Below are positions 8,823-18,724 of a stretch of 64,000 nt of DNA, in pieces. The translations under genes were made by a program, and so were the position numbers. Origin of the DNA: an uncultured Actinomycetota bacterium (GTDB lineage: Bacteria > Actinomycetota > Actinomycetes > JAHEKZ01); NCBI GenBank assembly GCA_963829525.1, contig CAWHIJ010000003.1:2587211-2651210 (forward strand). Reading direction: 5' to 3'. Below the pieces are notes generated by a model. It searched no databases. It saw only the letters and a list, made by a program, of their open reading frames with translations, and was not told where the DNA came from. The stretch's first letter is position 1. Each line of letters starts with the position of its first letter.

Positions 8823-10283
8823 TTGTCCCTGTCACCGCTGCCACCGCCTGTTGACCGGTCCGGGTCATTCGGATCGGCGAACGGCGCAGTGTCGTCGAAC
8901 GGCGCAGTGTCGTCGAACGGCGCAGTGTCGTCGAACGGCGCAGTGTCGTCGAACGGCGCAGTGTCGGCCGTTCTGGCAGAAGCCGTCGCCGCCGCGGTCG
9001 GCGTTGACCCGCACGCGCTGACCGCCACCGAACGCAAGTCCCGCCTGACCGAGCTGCGCGCCGCGATCGACGCCCTCGAGGTCGCCTTCGACACCATCGT
9101 GGCCGCTGCCGACACCGCTGGAGACGGCCAGCTTCTCGATGGGGCCACCTCCACCGGGGCGTGGCTCCGACACACCCTGCACCTGACACCCCGCGACGCA
9201 GCCAGCCACGTCCGCACCGCCCGGATGCTCGGCCATGGCCGGGCGCCTGCAGGTCCGGCAGCTGCAGCGGTGCTGGCCGGAACCATCAGCTACTCCCACC
9301 TTCAAGCGATCACCAGCACTCTCGCCGACCTGACCGACCACCCCGGTCTTCCCCTCAGCGCACATACCCAGGCGGTGGAGTTGATGGTCGACCTCGCCAC
9401 CCAGGTCGACCCATCCGGCCTGCGAGCCGCCGCGCGGCACCTGCGCTACGTCCTGGACCCCGACCGCGGCAAAGCCGACCACGACCGACAGACCCAGGCC
9501 CGCCGCGCCTCCCTCGCCCCACTCCTCGACGGCACCTGGCGCCTGGAGATGCTCACCACCGCCGAAGGCGGTGCCCTGCTGAGCCAGCTGCTGGCCGCCA
9601 CCGGCGCACCCACCAGCGCGGACGACGCACGCACCCCGGCCCAACGCCGTCACGACGCGCTGATCGACGCCCTCCAAGCCGCGGCACAGTCCGACCAGCT
9701 CCCCGTCGCGAACGGGCTCAGCCCCCGAATCCTCATCACCGCGCCACCGCAGGCTTTCCTCCCCACAAACACCCGCAACCAGGCCCACGGCAACGACAAC
9801 GACCCGCTCGGCAGCGGCACAAGCATCACCGGTCCTAACACCCTTCGGTGGCGCCCAGCCCGCTTCGCCGACGGCACTCCGGTCCCGGGACCGCTCTTCG
9901 ACCACCTCGCCTGCAACCCCACCTTGACCCGCATCCTGCAAGAACCCGCCGGCGCCGTCCTCGACGTCGGTCGCGACCACCGGTTCTTCACCGGCGCCCA
10001 ACGCACCGCCCTCTGGGCCCGCGACCGCGGCTGCCGCTTTCCCGGTTGCACTGCCCCCTGGACCCACGCTCACCACATCACCGGCTGGAAAGACGGCGGT
10101 ACCACTGACCTCGCCAACGGCCTCCTCCTATGTGGCCACCACCACCGCGCCGTTCACGACGGCAACTGGGCCATCACCGCAGGTGCAGAAGGCGCCAACG
10201 GCACCATCACCTTCACCCACCCGCAACGAATCACGACCCACCACAGCCCCATCCCCCCACCTGACCCCCTCGCGATCGAGTAA
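8823..10283 (+). CDS. DUF222 (13E12-repeat family) protein with a C-terminal HNH endonuclease motif
   Basis: C-terminal HHITGWKDGGTTDLANGLLLCGHHHRAVH is an HNH nuclease motif. The central region resembles mycobacterial REP13E12 proteins. The N-terminus carries NGAVSS x5. Start uncertain (TTG at 8823). Confidence 0.8.
   Translation: MSLSPLPPPVDRSGSFGSANGAVSSNGAVSSNGAVSSNGAVSSNGAVSAVLAEAVAAAVGVDPHALTATERKSRLTELRAAIDALEVAFDTIVAAADTAGDGQLLDGATSTGAWLRHTLHLTPRDAASHVRTARMLGHGRAPAGPAAAAVLAGTISYSHLQAITSTLADLTDHPGLPLSAHTQAVELMVDLATQVDPSGLRAAARHLRYVLDPDRGKADHDRQTQARRASLAPLLDGTWRLEMLTTAEGGALLSQLLAATGAPTSADDARTPAQRRHDALIDALQAAAQSDQLPVANGLSPRILITAPPQAFLPTNTRNQAHGNDNDPLGSGTSITGPNTLRWRPARFADGTPVPGPLFDHLACNPTLTRILQEPAGAVLDVGRDHRFFTGAQRTALWARDRGCRFPGCTAPWTHAHHITGWKDGGTTDLANGLLLCGHHHRAVHDGNWAITAGAEGANGTITFTHPQRITTHHSPIPPPDPLAIE
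8878..8967. repeat. 18-bp perfect tandem repeat x5 (cgaacggcgcagtgtcgt) inside the DUF222 gene
   Basis: Direct inspection. The fifth copy differs at its last base. Confidence 0.95.
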
Positions 10284-10378
10284 CGACAGTTCGTTCCTCC
10301 GGACGATTCGCTCGGCGCACACGAGGGGGAACCCGGCTCACCTGAAACCGCAACCGCGCCTGAGCCCCCGCCCCGCAA

Positions 10379-11308
10379 CTACCACCGGCGATGCTGCGGC
10401 ACCGGCATCCGCGGCCCGCGCCTCGGCGCACCCACACCCGCCAGTTCCATCAACCGCTGCACCCTGTATCGATGACCGGCATAGGGCTCGAGCACTTCCG
10501 CCAGCCGCGCATCATCGCCCCGCTCGCCGGTCAGCCACCAGCAGATGTCCTTCGCCACGTGGTAGTCGCCGAATGACACCGCATCGGCGTCACCGTGCGC
10601 GCGCTGTCGTACCTCCGCCGATGTCCAGACACCCACTCCAGGCAGCGCTCGAAGCACTCGATCAGCCCCGGTGCCGGAAAGGTCAGCTGTTCGTTCGATG
10701 GCAGCGGCTGCCGATGCGACGACACGCAAGGTGCGGACGCGGTGGGGAGTGACTCCAGCTCGATGGAAATCCGCATCGGAGATCCGTCGCCATGCCCTCG
10801 GCGAAGGCGGCACCATCAGTCCTGTTGGCGCGGGGCCGGGTGCCGGCTCACCGAACCGTCGGACCAGCGACTGCCACGCGCGTCGTGCCTCGACGCCGGT
10901 CACCTTCTGCTCTATCACCGCAGCCATGCAGGCGTCGAAGGGACGCCGGGTTCGCGCCATCCGCCAGCCAGGCGCCCGCCGCGATGCCTCGGCGACGACC
11001 GAATGCACGGGGACAAAGCCTTCCGGCACGTCGCCGGCACCCAGCAGCACTGGGACGCCGCCCAACAACCACTGCGCACCCGGTCCCCAGGACGTTGCCT
11101 CCACACAACCGTCGGATGGCCGCGCCACAAGTCGCAGGGTTCCCGGCCCATCTGGCGTCGACGTGGCCCACCAAGCCACCGGCGTGAAGTTTCCGGCCAC
11201 TCGTTCGAACCGGAACGTTCGATACCGCGGCCCGCGGCTCAGCGGACCAAGGATGGCCACGAGGTCGACCGGGAAGCCGGGCTTCCACTTCCGCTCAGCC
11301 ACGAACAC
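10379..11308 (-). CDS. DNA-3-methyladenine glycosylase II (AlkA-like, HhH-GPD family)
   Basis: AlkA_N-like N-terminus and the HhH-GPD motif LPGVGVWTSAEV...D at the C-terminus. Confidence 0.75.
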   Translation of the reverse strand: MFVAERKWKPGFPVDLVAILGPLSRGPRYRTFRFERVAGNFTPVAWWATSTPDGPGTLRLVARPSDGCVEATSWGPGAQWLLGGVPVLLGAGDVPEGFVPVHSVVAEASRRAPGWRMARTRRPFDACMAAVIEQKVTGVEARRAWQSLVRRFGEPAPGPAPTGLMVPPSPRAWRRISDADFHRAGVTPHRVRTLRVVASAAAAIERTADLSGTGADRVLRALPGVGVWTSAEVRQRAHGDADAVSFGDYHVAKDICWWLTGERGDDARLAEVLEPYAGHRYRVQRLMELAGVGAPRRGPRMPVPQHRRW

Positions 11309-11324
11309 TGGGCACCGCTTCCAC

Positions 11325-12359
11325 TTACTGCGTCGCCTCCACCCTCGTCCCGGGCGCCGGGCTCGCCCCCGGCGCTAGCCGCGCGTGGTCACCCAGCACC
11401 GAGTCAACGACGACGGCTCCATCACCAACGATCGCCTCCGACCCGATCGCACTTCGCGTCACGGTCGCACCGGCGCCGATCACCGCACCAGGCATCACGA
11501 TCGACGCATCGATCACAGCACCCGACCCGATGTGGACGCCGGCGCCGATCGACGACCCGCCGAACACCTGAACATCTGTGGGGGGACGGTCGGCGTCACC
11601 GAACCAGGCCTGCCCGTGCGGCACCATGAGCGCCGCCGACGGAGCTACTCCGAGCACGACGTCGGCCGAACAGCGCACAAGCGCCTCCGGCGTTCCGACA
11701 TCGCACCAGTAAGCGGACTCCTTCCAGGCCCGCACATCGCGGCCAGACTCCAACAGACTCGGAAATGTGTCGCGTTCGACCGAGACCACCTGACCCGCCG
11801 GTATCGTGTCGATGACCGAGCGACGGAACACGTAGGCACCGGCGTTGACCCAGGAGGTCACGGGGCTATCCATCTTCTCCAGGAACGCGCTCACCCGGCC
11901 CTCATCATCGGTGGGAACGCATCCGTAGGCGCGGGCGTCGTCCACTTCGACGAGATGCAGCGTTACGTCCGCATCGACCGAGCAGTGGAAGGCGACCTGC
12001 CCACCGAGGTCGTGCCCCGAGAGCACGTCACCATTGAGGATCACCACAGGATCATCAGGACGGGAGTCCAATCCGCTTGCAGCATTGCGAATTGCACCGC
12101 CCGTGCCGAGCGGAGTGTCCTCATGCAGGTAGGTCACACGCAGACCGACCGGAGACCCGTCGCCGAATGTCTCCTGGAAGATCTCCGCGCGGTAAGACGT
12201 CGCAAGCACCACGTGGTCAACGCCGGCCCGGCGCAAGGCAGCGAGCTGGTGGGCGAGGAACGGCATGCCGGCCACCGGCAGCAACGGCTTCGGCGTGGTC
12301 AGCGTGAGGGGGCGCAGCCGTATACCTTGGCCGCCGACGAGCAAGACTGCTTCGCGCAT
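11325..12359 (-). CDS. Mannose-1-phosphate guanylyltransferase (GDP-mannose pyrophosphorylase), with a C-terminal left-handed beta-helix
   Basis: N-terminal LLVGGQGIRLRPLTLTTPKPLLPVAG nucleotidyltransferase motif and a C-terminal hexapeptide-repeat region. Positional homologue of M. tuberculosis manB (Rv3264c) beside fbiB. Confidence 0.85.
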   Translation of the reverse strand: MREAVLLVGGQGIRLRPLTLTTPKPLLPVAGMPFLAHQLAALRRAGVDHVVLATSYRAEIFQETFGDGSPVGLRVTYLHEDTPLGTGGAIRNAASGLDSRPDDPVVILNGDVLSGHDLGGQVAFHCSVDADVTLHLVEVDDARAYGCVPTDDEGRVSAFLEKMDSPVTSWVNAGAYVFRRSVIDTIPAGQVVSVERDTFPSLLESGRDVRAWKESAYWCDVGTPEALVRCSADVVLGVAPSAALMVPHGQAWFGDADRPPTDVQVFGGSSIGAGVHIGSGAVIDASIVMPGAVIGAGATVTRSAIGSEAIVGDGAVVVDSVLGDHARLAPGASPAPGTRVEATQ

Positions 12360-12395
12360 GGCGTCAGCCTAGAGCGGCGTCGGCCGACCGCTAGC

Positions 12396-15161
12396 TCAGG
12401 AGTACCAGCCAACGACTCGAAGTGACACCACCGCATCAGAACGCTTGGCAGCGATGGTGATCTCCCCATCGTGTCCGATCGGAACCACCAAGAGCGTGCG
12501 CTGAGTTCCTCTCTTGTCGTACGCCAGCAGAGGCAGCGGGTCCGTGGTCGAGCCGGCCGGGAGAACAGACAGGAAACCGTCACCAGAATCGCTTCGGGCC
12601 AACGCCTGGACAAGAACCGCCGATGCCGCTCCGGGGACCCCAGTGTCTGATCCACGAACCCGCACAGACTGAGCAGTTCCGGCAGCGAGATCTGCTGACG
12701 AGCCTGCACCAAGGGCGTTGTAACTCTTCATGCTGCGGAACCTTCCGGAACGCTCACCCTGCTGCGGACGGAACCAGCCGAGCACATCTACGCGTACGTC
12801 TGACTTGCCGCTCGTTAGACGCAGCGGAAGCCGACCGTCCGCGTCAAGCTTGACCACGCTCGTCCCCGTCCGCCACGTCCCTGCTGGCGCCCGAACAACA
12901 GCGCCCAGCGAGCGGGGCGTGCCGGACGGAGCCATGCTGAGAGTTGCCGTACGGGTCGGGTTGATCAGCCCGGCACTGACCAGCACGGTGCGGATCTCGG
13001 TCGGGACTCCCTGGCGGCCGGCAATTCTTACGGTACGCGTTGTGCCGGACACCAGGCGCCCTGTCGACCAGCCAAAGCCGGTTGAGCTATCGACGAGACG
13101 TCTCGCTGAGACCGCCTTGAGTGATTGGGTGCCAACGCCCGACGACGTGTAGTAGCCGAGGAAGTCGACGTCAAGCCGGGCCAGGCTAGTAGTTGCCCCC
13201 AAGCAGATCCGTCCCGTGGCCGGTACCCGAACCGTTGCCAGTCCAGCGCTCGCTCCTGATGCCTGGTAGGTCACTGCCACCTGGTCGCGATCAGCAGCAC
13301 CGCACGGCCAGACCTGAACGCGGCCAGCGCTCCCGGCACCAGCGGCGGTGACGCGCACTGCAGCCGCGCGAGTTCCGGACGCGGGCGCGCGACCGCGCCC
13401 GAGAACGTCGACCGAGATGGTGCCACCACGACGCGAGGAGGGTGTATCGCCACGTTCGGCGATTCGCGCCGTCGTAACCGGCTGGTAATAGGAGTACGAA
13501 GACGTCGGGACGAATGTCGGGGTTGTGGTGTACGGACCCACGCCGGACCGGTAGATGGGGGCAACCCTGGCGCGATACTGCTTGCCGTTTGTCAGGCTGG
13601 AGACGCGAACGTGGCGGGCCCCGGCGTCGACGCGATACGCCGCGTCGCCCGACGACAGCGTGATCCGGTACCCCTTGACGCGGCGGCCGGAGTCAGGGGC
13701 ACCCCAGCTGACCCGAGCCGAGCGGTCGCCTCGCTCGGCACGGACGTTAGTCGCTGGTGCTGGTACGCCGCTGTCGGCGTTCGTGACCGTCCACCAGGTG
13801 CTCTTGAGGCCCGCGGCCCATCGGAAGCTGTCAGCCGAGACGCTGATGGTGCTCTTGCTGCCGACCAGCCCAACGGACAGAACTCGGCCGCCCCACTGAC
13901 CGTTCCCGTCGCGAGCGAGCACCTTGAGACTTCGCAACTTACCGATCTGCGGCCAAGCGTTCTGCACCGTGGCAGCTTTAACCGTCGTCGACCAGCTGTG
14001 CCCCCAGTTCGACTCCCCCGTGACGACCCCGTCATATGGGTCAGGCTTGGCCGTCAGGTAGGGCCGTCCGCCGGAGACCGAGTAGCCACCATTGGCGGAG
14101 CCGAACATGGCAAAGACCGGTTGGCCGGCATCGCGGAGATACTGAGTCGCGGTCGACTTCACTGCATCCACTTCAGGACCGCTCTCGGCCGAGATGGGGG
14201 CGTACACCTGGCAGGAGGTGGTGTCACAGATGTCATAGGCACGGTGGGTGGTCCGTGCGTTCAACTGCGCCACCAGCGCGTAGCTACGCGCCGCGATCGC
14301 CTGCGCCCTCAGCGCGGCACCGGTCCACGAACTCGGGACCTCCGAGGAGACTACTGACCGAAGATAGTCCTCCAGAAGTAGCCGGTTCATGGCAAGGACC
14401 GACGAGGACCCTCGGGCGATCTCGAGGTATCCGCGATAGACACGAGTGTTTCCGTCGGCGGACTCAACGGCGACGCGGCTCTTGCCAACGGCAGAACTGG
14501 TCTGCCACCTGACCGATCCACTCATCCCACCCTTGACCTTGACTACCTTGGCTGACGAGACTGCCAAGACCTCCAGTCCCGCACTTCCCCTGACGACGCG
14601 GAAGGCACTGACTGGCTCACCTCCAGCCCTTCCGGGCAGGGCAACGGAGCCACCCTTGTATATGAGGGAGAGCCCCTTCCGAGGAGGAACCACCACACCG
14701 GTGCCTTGGGGGGTACTGCCCACAACACCGGAAAGCCCCACAGTGATCTGTCGGGTTGCTGCGCCTTCGACGAGCCTCGTGCCCGGGTAGTAGAACTTCA
14801 CAATCTCGCGATAGCTCTTGCCAAGGCGCCCCATGCCCTCGGCGCCGAACTGCGACATGCCGATGCCGTGGCCGTACCCGAGTCCGGAGAGCCGGAAGGT
14901 GCCGCTGCCCGGCACGGCGTAGCTTTCGACTGCGCCAGCTGCACGGGCGCTCGTGGCCATGACCGCAATAGATCCAGCCACCAGAGCCGCAACCAGCACC
15001 GACACCAGGGCCGCTGCCAGAGCCGCCTCGGGGGCGCCGACGAAAGCCGCTCCCCGCATAGGGATCCCGACGCGCAGCAGAGCAGGATTTCGGTTTGTCT
15101 CACGCGTCACACCCGTCACAGACAGGTGTCTCGGCAGTTGTTCGGGCGAACCTGAGTTCAC
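12396..15161 (-). CDS. Secreted SpoIID/LytB-domain protein with an FN3 domain and three ~100-aa C-terminal repeat modules (921 aa)
   Basis: GYGHGIGMSQFGAEGMG and YRGYLEI motifs of the SpoIID/LytB amidase-enhancer domain. Signal/TM segment at the N-terminus. Repeats each end in VDV(L/x)GW(F/Y). Confidence 0.8.
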   Translation of the reverse strand: MNSGSPEQLPRHLSVTGVTRETNRNPALLRVGIPMRGAAFVGAPEAALAAALVSVLVAALVAGSIAVMATSARAAGAVESYAVPGSGTFRLSGLGYGHGIGMSQFGAEGMGRLGKSYREIVKFYYPGTRLVEGAATRQITVGLSGVVGSTPQGTGVVVPPRKGLSLIYKGGSVALPGRAGGEPVSAFRVVRGSAGLEVLAVSSAKVVKVKGGMSGSVRWQTSSAVGKSRVAVESADGNTRVYRGYLEIARGSSSVLAMNRLLLEDYLRSVVSSEVPSSWTGAALRAQAIAARSYALVAQLNARTTHRAYDICDTTSCQVYAPISAESGPEVDAVKSTATQYLRDAGQPVFAMFGSANGGYSVSGGRPYLTAKPDPYDGVVTGESNWGHSWSTTVKAATVQNAWPQIGKLRSLKVLARDGNGQWGGRVLSVGLVGSKSTISVSADSFRWAAGLKSTWWTVTNADSGVPAPATNVRAERGDRSARVSWGAPDSGRRVKGYRITLSSGDAAYRVDAGARHVRVSSLTNGKQYRARVAPIYRSGVGPYTTTPTFVPTSSYSYYQPVTTARIAERGDTPSSRRGGTISVDVLGRGRAPASGTRAAAVRVTAAGAGSAGRVQVWPCGAADRDQVAVTYQASGASAGLATVRVPATGRICLGATTSLARLDVDFLGYYTSSGVGTQSLKAVSARRLVDSSTGFGWSTGRLVSGTTRTVRIAGRQGVPTEIRTVLVSAGLINPTRTATLSMAPSGTPRSLGAVVRAPAGTWRTGTSVVKLDADGRLPLRLTSGKSDVRVDVLGWFRPQQGERSGRFRSMKSYNALGAGSSADLAAGTAQSVRVRGSDTGVPGAASAVLVQALARSDSGDGFLSVLPAGSTTDPLPLLAYDKRGTQRTLLVVPIGHDGEITIAAKRSDAVVSLRVVGWYS

Positions 15162-15179
15162 CCGGCCTGACCTGCAGCT

Positions 15180-17900
15180 TTATCGAATCCAGCCGACGAT
15201 GCTCAGATTTGCCGTCAGACGGGAATCCTCCGACCGGACCCGCAAGTCGCCACCTGCGCCCAGACGCATCACCGCCAGCGTCTCCCGGGCTTGCCTCGAT
15301 GGCACGATCAGGTCTGCCGAGGTCGGCACTCTGGCGCCTCGGGGCCAGAGCTTCAACCGGCCGGCATCGTTGTTCGAGGATCCGGTGAGCTGGACCACCA
15401 CGGCGGACGCATCGGTCGGAACTCCAGCGTGTCCACCCACGCGGACGGTCGTCGCCTCACCCTTGCCGAGCGCAGCGCCACCTCCAAGCAGCGACCTCGG
15501 CACCACCGGATGGACGTCGCTTGAGTCACCGGCAGCGACGTACCCGGCCACGTCCAAAGAAACCGGACCGGATCTGTCGGAGGCAACGCGGATGCTGCCG
15601 TTGCTGCCAAGCGGCACAATCACTTGGGACACGCTGCTGTTCCCACTTGCTCGTCTCCACGTCGGAGTTGCCGTCTGCGCACCATCTGCAGCCCAGGCCC
15701 AGACTGCACCCACCCGGGAGCTGCTGCTTCTGCGGATCGCAAGAACGACAGCGCGCGCATTGGCCGGTACCCCTGCGCGACCGGCGACGTCGACGCTGAC
15801 CGGTGAACTGCTCAGCGACAACGGACTTGCACCGGCGAGCGCTCTGCGGCGCAGGGGCGTCAGCGATCCCCCCGCTCCGTCGGTGCTCACGTAGCCCACA
15901 ACGGAGGCCTTGAGGGCAACCGCGCCACTCTGGTTGTGGAATCGGATGCCGCCCCCCGGCCCGACGCGGACCATGGCAAACCCACGTGCCGTCGAGCCAG
16001 TCCCCAGTGAGAGGACCCGCGCACCGGTCCCGTTCACCGTGTCAGGACTCACCGACACCCGCGTCCCGGTACTGGCACAGGCAGCCTCGACCGAGATTGC
16101 CACCGCCGAGACACCACTCTTCGGAACGCCCGCCCGCCCGAGCACCTGTACATCGAGCTTGCGGTCCGGCCCGAGAAGGAGCCGATCGGAAATCCCGGTT
16201 CCAGCCGTCGTTGCGAGCAAGGTGCGCGCGCGCTGGGGGACGTAAGCGCCGGCGGGAACCTTGTCCAGTGATGTTGCGGTTGGCGCAGCCGATCGACCAC
16301 CGACTCCGACCAGCACCGATCGTTGGAAGGGCCAGGCCCTGCTGCCGTTGCCGCTGCTCGTCAGCGTAAGTCGATATCGGCCAGGCGCTGCCTGGCTGCC
16401 GTTGTCAGTGCCCCCGCGCCAGGCAGCCTTGATCGGGGTGCCCGCAGCGGCTTCCCCGGTGAGACGTCGTACGACCGCTCCCGTGCAGTAGTCGCGCACC
16501 GTCAGGGTCCAGCTCTGCTGCTGCAGAACGCCGGCTCGCACCACGACGTTTACGTCTTCACCCATCGGCACCGACTCCTCTGAGATCGTCGGCTCCACGA
16601 GGCTCGCGCCCATGTCGCCAGCAGCGAGCCGGCGGATCGTCGGGAGTCGTTGGTACAGGTTGTCACCAGGACAGGCGGTCAGCTGTGAGTCGCGATGACC
16701 GGAAATGACCCTGAAACGCACTTTGCGACCGGGTGCGTACTTCGACGAACCCACCTCAGCAGTCAACCTCTTGCGGCCGAATGGATCGCGGTGATACCTC
16801 GAGAGGCGGTAGGCCAAGACCTCGGCGATCCCTCGCACCATCGCGTCCGACGCCGGTGCCGTCTGGAAGTTTCCCATCGCGACCACCGCGACCGTGTCGG
16901 TGTTGAAGCCACCCGATGCCGCAGAGCGCACCGGCTTGGTGATGCTCCCTGCGCGCCCCTCGTAGATGGTGCCGTACTTGTCAACGAGGAAGTTGTATCC
17001 CATGTCGGCGTAGTCGAGGGTGTTGACGTAGTAGCTGTAAAGCCCCCGCACCACCGCTGGGCTTTCGCTACGCGTGTAGTTGTTGCTGCCTGCGGTGTGG
17101 TGGACGAAAGCCACCTTGAACGTGTTGCTGTTCTCCAGATGCTTGTCCCGCAGCGACTCGTCGGCACCCCACTCAGCCCGGGTGACAATCGGCGGCTTGT
17201 TGGTCGAAGCCGCCGCGCTCGACCCGCTCCATGGCTCGGTGATCGCAGCGTCGGCATCCGATGTTCCCGGTTCGATCAGGTCAGCCCGCACATCCGCGGG
17301 GGCAGCGTCACCAACAGCGTCTATCCGCACTTGGAACCCATCGGAGTCACCCGCCCAGTAAGGGACGGTTCCAAAACGACCGTTCGGCGAGGGTTCGGTT
17401 CCGCCGTCCACCATCGTCTGTAGCTCGAACCAGTCGGTCCAATGACTGTCGGTGCGCGTGCGAGCGGTCACCAGAACCGCACCATCCTTGCTCGGTCCCG
17501 CGCCGGTCCACGTGACGCCGACCATGCGGTAGTCCGCTGTCGCGATCGGCTCGGTGAGCAGCACCGGAGGCCGGTCGGCCACGCGAGCGGCGGTGGACAC
17601 CGAGGATCGACCAACCTGACGCCACATCGACGCGAGCTCGTTTGGTGCCGGAGCCGAACGCAGGGCTTGGACATCAACCCCAGCCAGCGGCAACTGTTGA
17701 ACCTGAGGTGCCACCGGGTGCGGGGCATGCCGAGACGCAGTGAAGGTCGGCGCCACCACGGCGGTGGGGACGACGAGGACGATGGCGAACAGCGCGCTCG
17801 CGGGTGCCGGACGGGGAAAACGCACAGAGAGCCTCTCCGGGGGAAGTCGGTGGTCCGATGGGAAGGCGAACCTTCCTGGTGCCATCGGCCGGATTTGCAC
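15180..17900 (-). CDS. Secreted N-acetylmuramoyl-L-alanine amidase (Amidase_2/PGRP domain) with four C-terminal repeat modules (906 aa)
   Basis: Amidase_2 motifs AFVHHTAG...YNFLVDKYGTIYEGRAG...SGHRD...CPG. The C-terminal ~100-aa repeats are paralogous to those of the adjacent SpoIID protein. Confidence 0.8.
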   Translation of the reverse strand: MQIRPMAPGRFAFPSDHRLPPERLSVRFPRPAPASALFAIVLVVPTAVVAPTFTASRHAPHPVAPQVQQLPLAGVDVQALRSAPAPNELASMWRQVGRSSVSTAARVADRPPVLLTEPIATADYRMVGVTWTGAGPSKDGAVLVTARTRTDSHWTDWFELQTMVDGGTEPSPNGRFGTVPYWAGDSDGFQVRIDAVGDAAPADVRADLIEPGTSDADAAITEPWSGSSAAASTNKPPIVTRAEWGADESLRDKHLENSNTFKVAFVHHTAGSNNYTRSESPAVVRGLYSYYVNTLDYADMGYNFLVDKYGTIYEGRAGSITKPVRSAASGGFNTDTVAVVAMGNFQTAPASDAMVRGIAEVLAYRLSRYHRDPFGRKRLTAEVGSSKYAPGRKVRFRVISGHRDSQLTACPGDNLYQRLPTIRRLAAGDMGASLVEPTISEESVPMGEDVNVVVRAGVLQQQSWTLTVRDYCTGAVVRRLTGEAAAGTPIKAAWRGGTDNGSQAAPGRYRLTLTSSGNGSRAWPFQRSVLVGVGGRSAAPTATSLDKVPAGAYVPQRARTLLATTAGTGISDRLLLGPDRKLDVQVLGRAGVPKSGVSAVAISVEAACASTGTRVSVSPDTVNGTGARVLSLGTGSTARGFAMVRVGPGGGIRFHNQSGAVALKASVVGYVSTDGAGGSLTPLRRRALAGASPLSLSSSPVSVDVAGRAGVPANARAVVLAIRRSSSSRVGAVWAWAADGAQTATPTWRRASGNSSVSQVIVPLGSNGSIRVASDRSGPVSLDVAGYVAAGDSSDVHPVVPRSLLGGGAALGKGEATTVRVGGHAGVPTDASAVVVQLTGSSNNDAGRLKLWPRGARVPTSADLIVPSRQARETLAVMRLGAGGDLRVRSEDSRLTANLSIVGWIR

Positions 17901-17932
17901 CCGGCTGGAGATGAGTCCCTACCCTAACTCTG

Positions 17933-18679
17933 GTGACCTCGACTTCAGAGCATCTACGCCGCGCGTTGGCCGCCGATCCCTCCGGACCCCGCCTGACCTA
18001 CTACGACGACGCCACTGGGGAACGAGTGGAGCTCTCCACCACCACGCTCGCCAACTGGGTGGCCAAGACGGCCAACCTGCTGGTGCTGGAGTGCGGGGTC
18101 GGTCCAGAATCGGAGATCTCCCTCCACCTGCCCCGCCATTGGACGACAGCGGTGTGGGTACTTGCCGCCGACGCCACCGGTGCCAGGGTCACCCACGAAC
18201 CCGGCTTCGCATCACCCAGCGGATCGGTCGACGTAGCTGTGGTGAGCCCCGATCACGTCGACGACCCACCGGACGCCGAAGAGGTCTTCGCCGTCTCCCT
18301 AGCGCCGCTCGCTGCGCCGTTCACCAGGCCGCTGCCTCCGCTCGTACGGGACTACAGCATCGAGGTCCGGGCAATGCCGGACCAGGTCAGTGATGCAGTC
18401 GGCCCGCCGGGACCCCTTGGCGCGCTTGCCGAGGAGCAAGCGGCGACCCAAAGTCTGGAGCCGACCGACCGAGTTGCCGCGCTCGGCGACCTGGTGGGTC
18501 TGGATTGTCTTGTCAGCCAGTGGCTCGCGCCGCTCGCCGTTGGAGCCAGTGTGATTTGGGTGCGGAACCCAGAACCTGAGCTGTGCGTCCGACGATGGGC
18601 GACCGAACGGGTGACGGCAGTCTCTGGCACGCTGCCGAACGGGGTACCACTGCCTGAGTCGATTCGGCTGTTGGCCTGA
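17933..18679 (+). CDS. TIGR03089-family conserved actinobacterial protein
   Basis: LTYYDDATGERVELSTTTLANWVAKTANLL matches the mycobacterial Rv3268 family, which typically sits beside an LCP gene. Confidence 0.75.
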   Translation: MTSTSEHLRRALAADPSGPRLTYYDDATGERVELSTTTLANWVAKTANLLVLECGVGPESEISLHLPRHWTTAVWVLAADATGARVTHEPGFASPSGSVDVAVVSPDHVDDPPDAEEVFAVSLAPLAAPFTRPLPPLVRDYSIEVRAMPDQVSDAVGPPGPLGALAEEQAATQSLEPTDRVAALGDLVGLDCLVSQWLAPLAVGASVIWVRNPEPELCVRRWATERVTAVSGTLPNGVPLPESIRLLA

Positions 18680-18724
18680 TCAGTCCGTATTCTGCTCTGC
18701 GACCACTACACAACGAAGGACCCG

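Noticed and set aside
9161-9838. 225-aa Pro/Arg-rich plus-strand ORF
   Set aside because: Alternative frame of the DUF222 gene with low-complexity composition.
8865-10076. 403-aa ORF on the minus strand, including an RRHCAVRRHCAV repeat
   Set aside because: Entirely antisense to the DUF222/HNH gene. Its Gly/Ala/Val/Arg-rich composition is typical of off-frame high-GC translation, and its repeat is just the mirror of the 18-bp tandem array.
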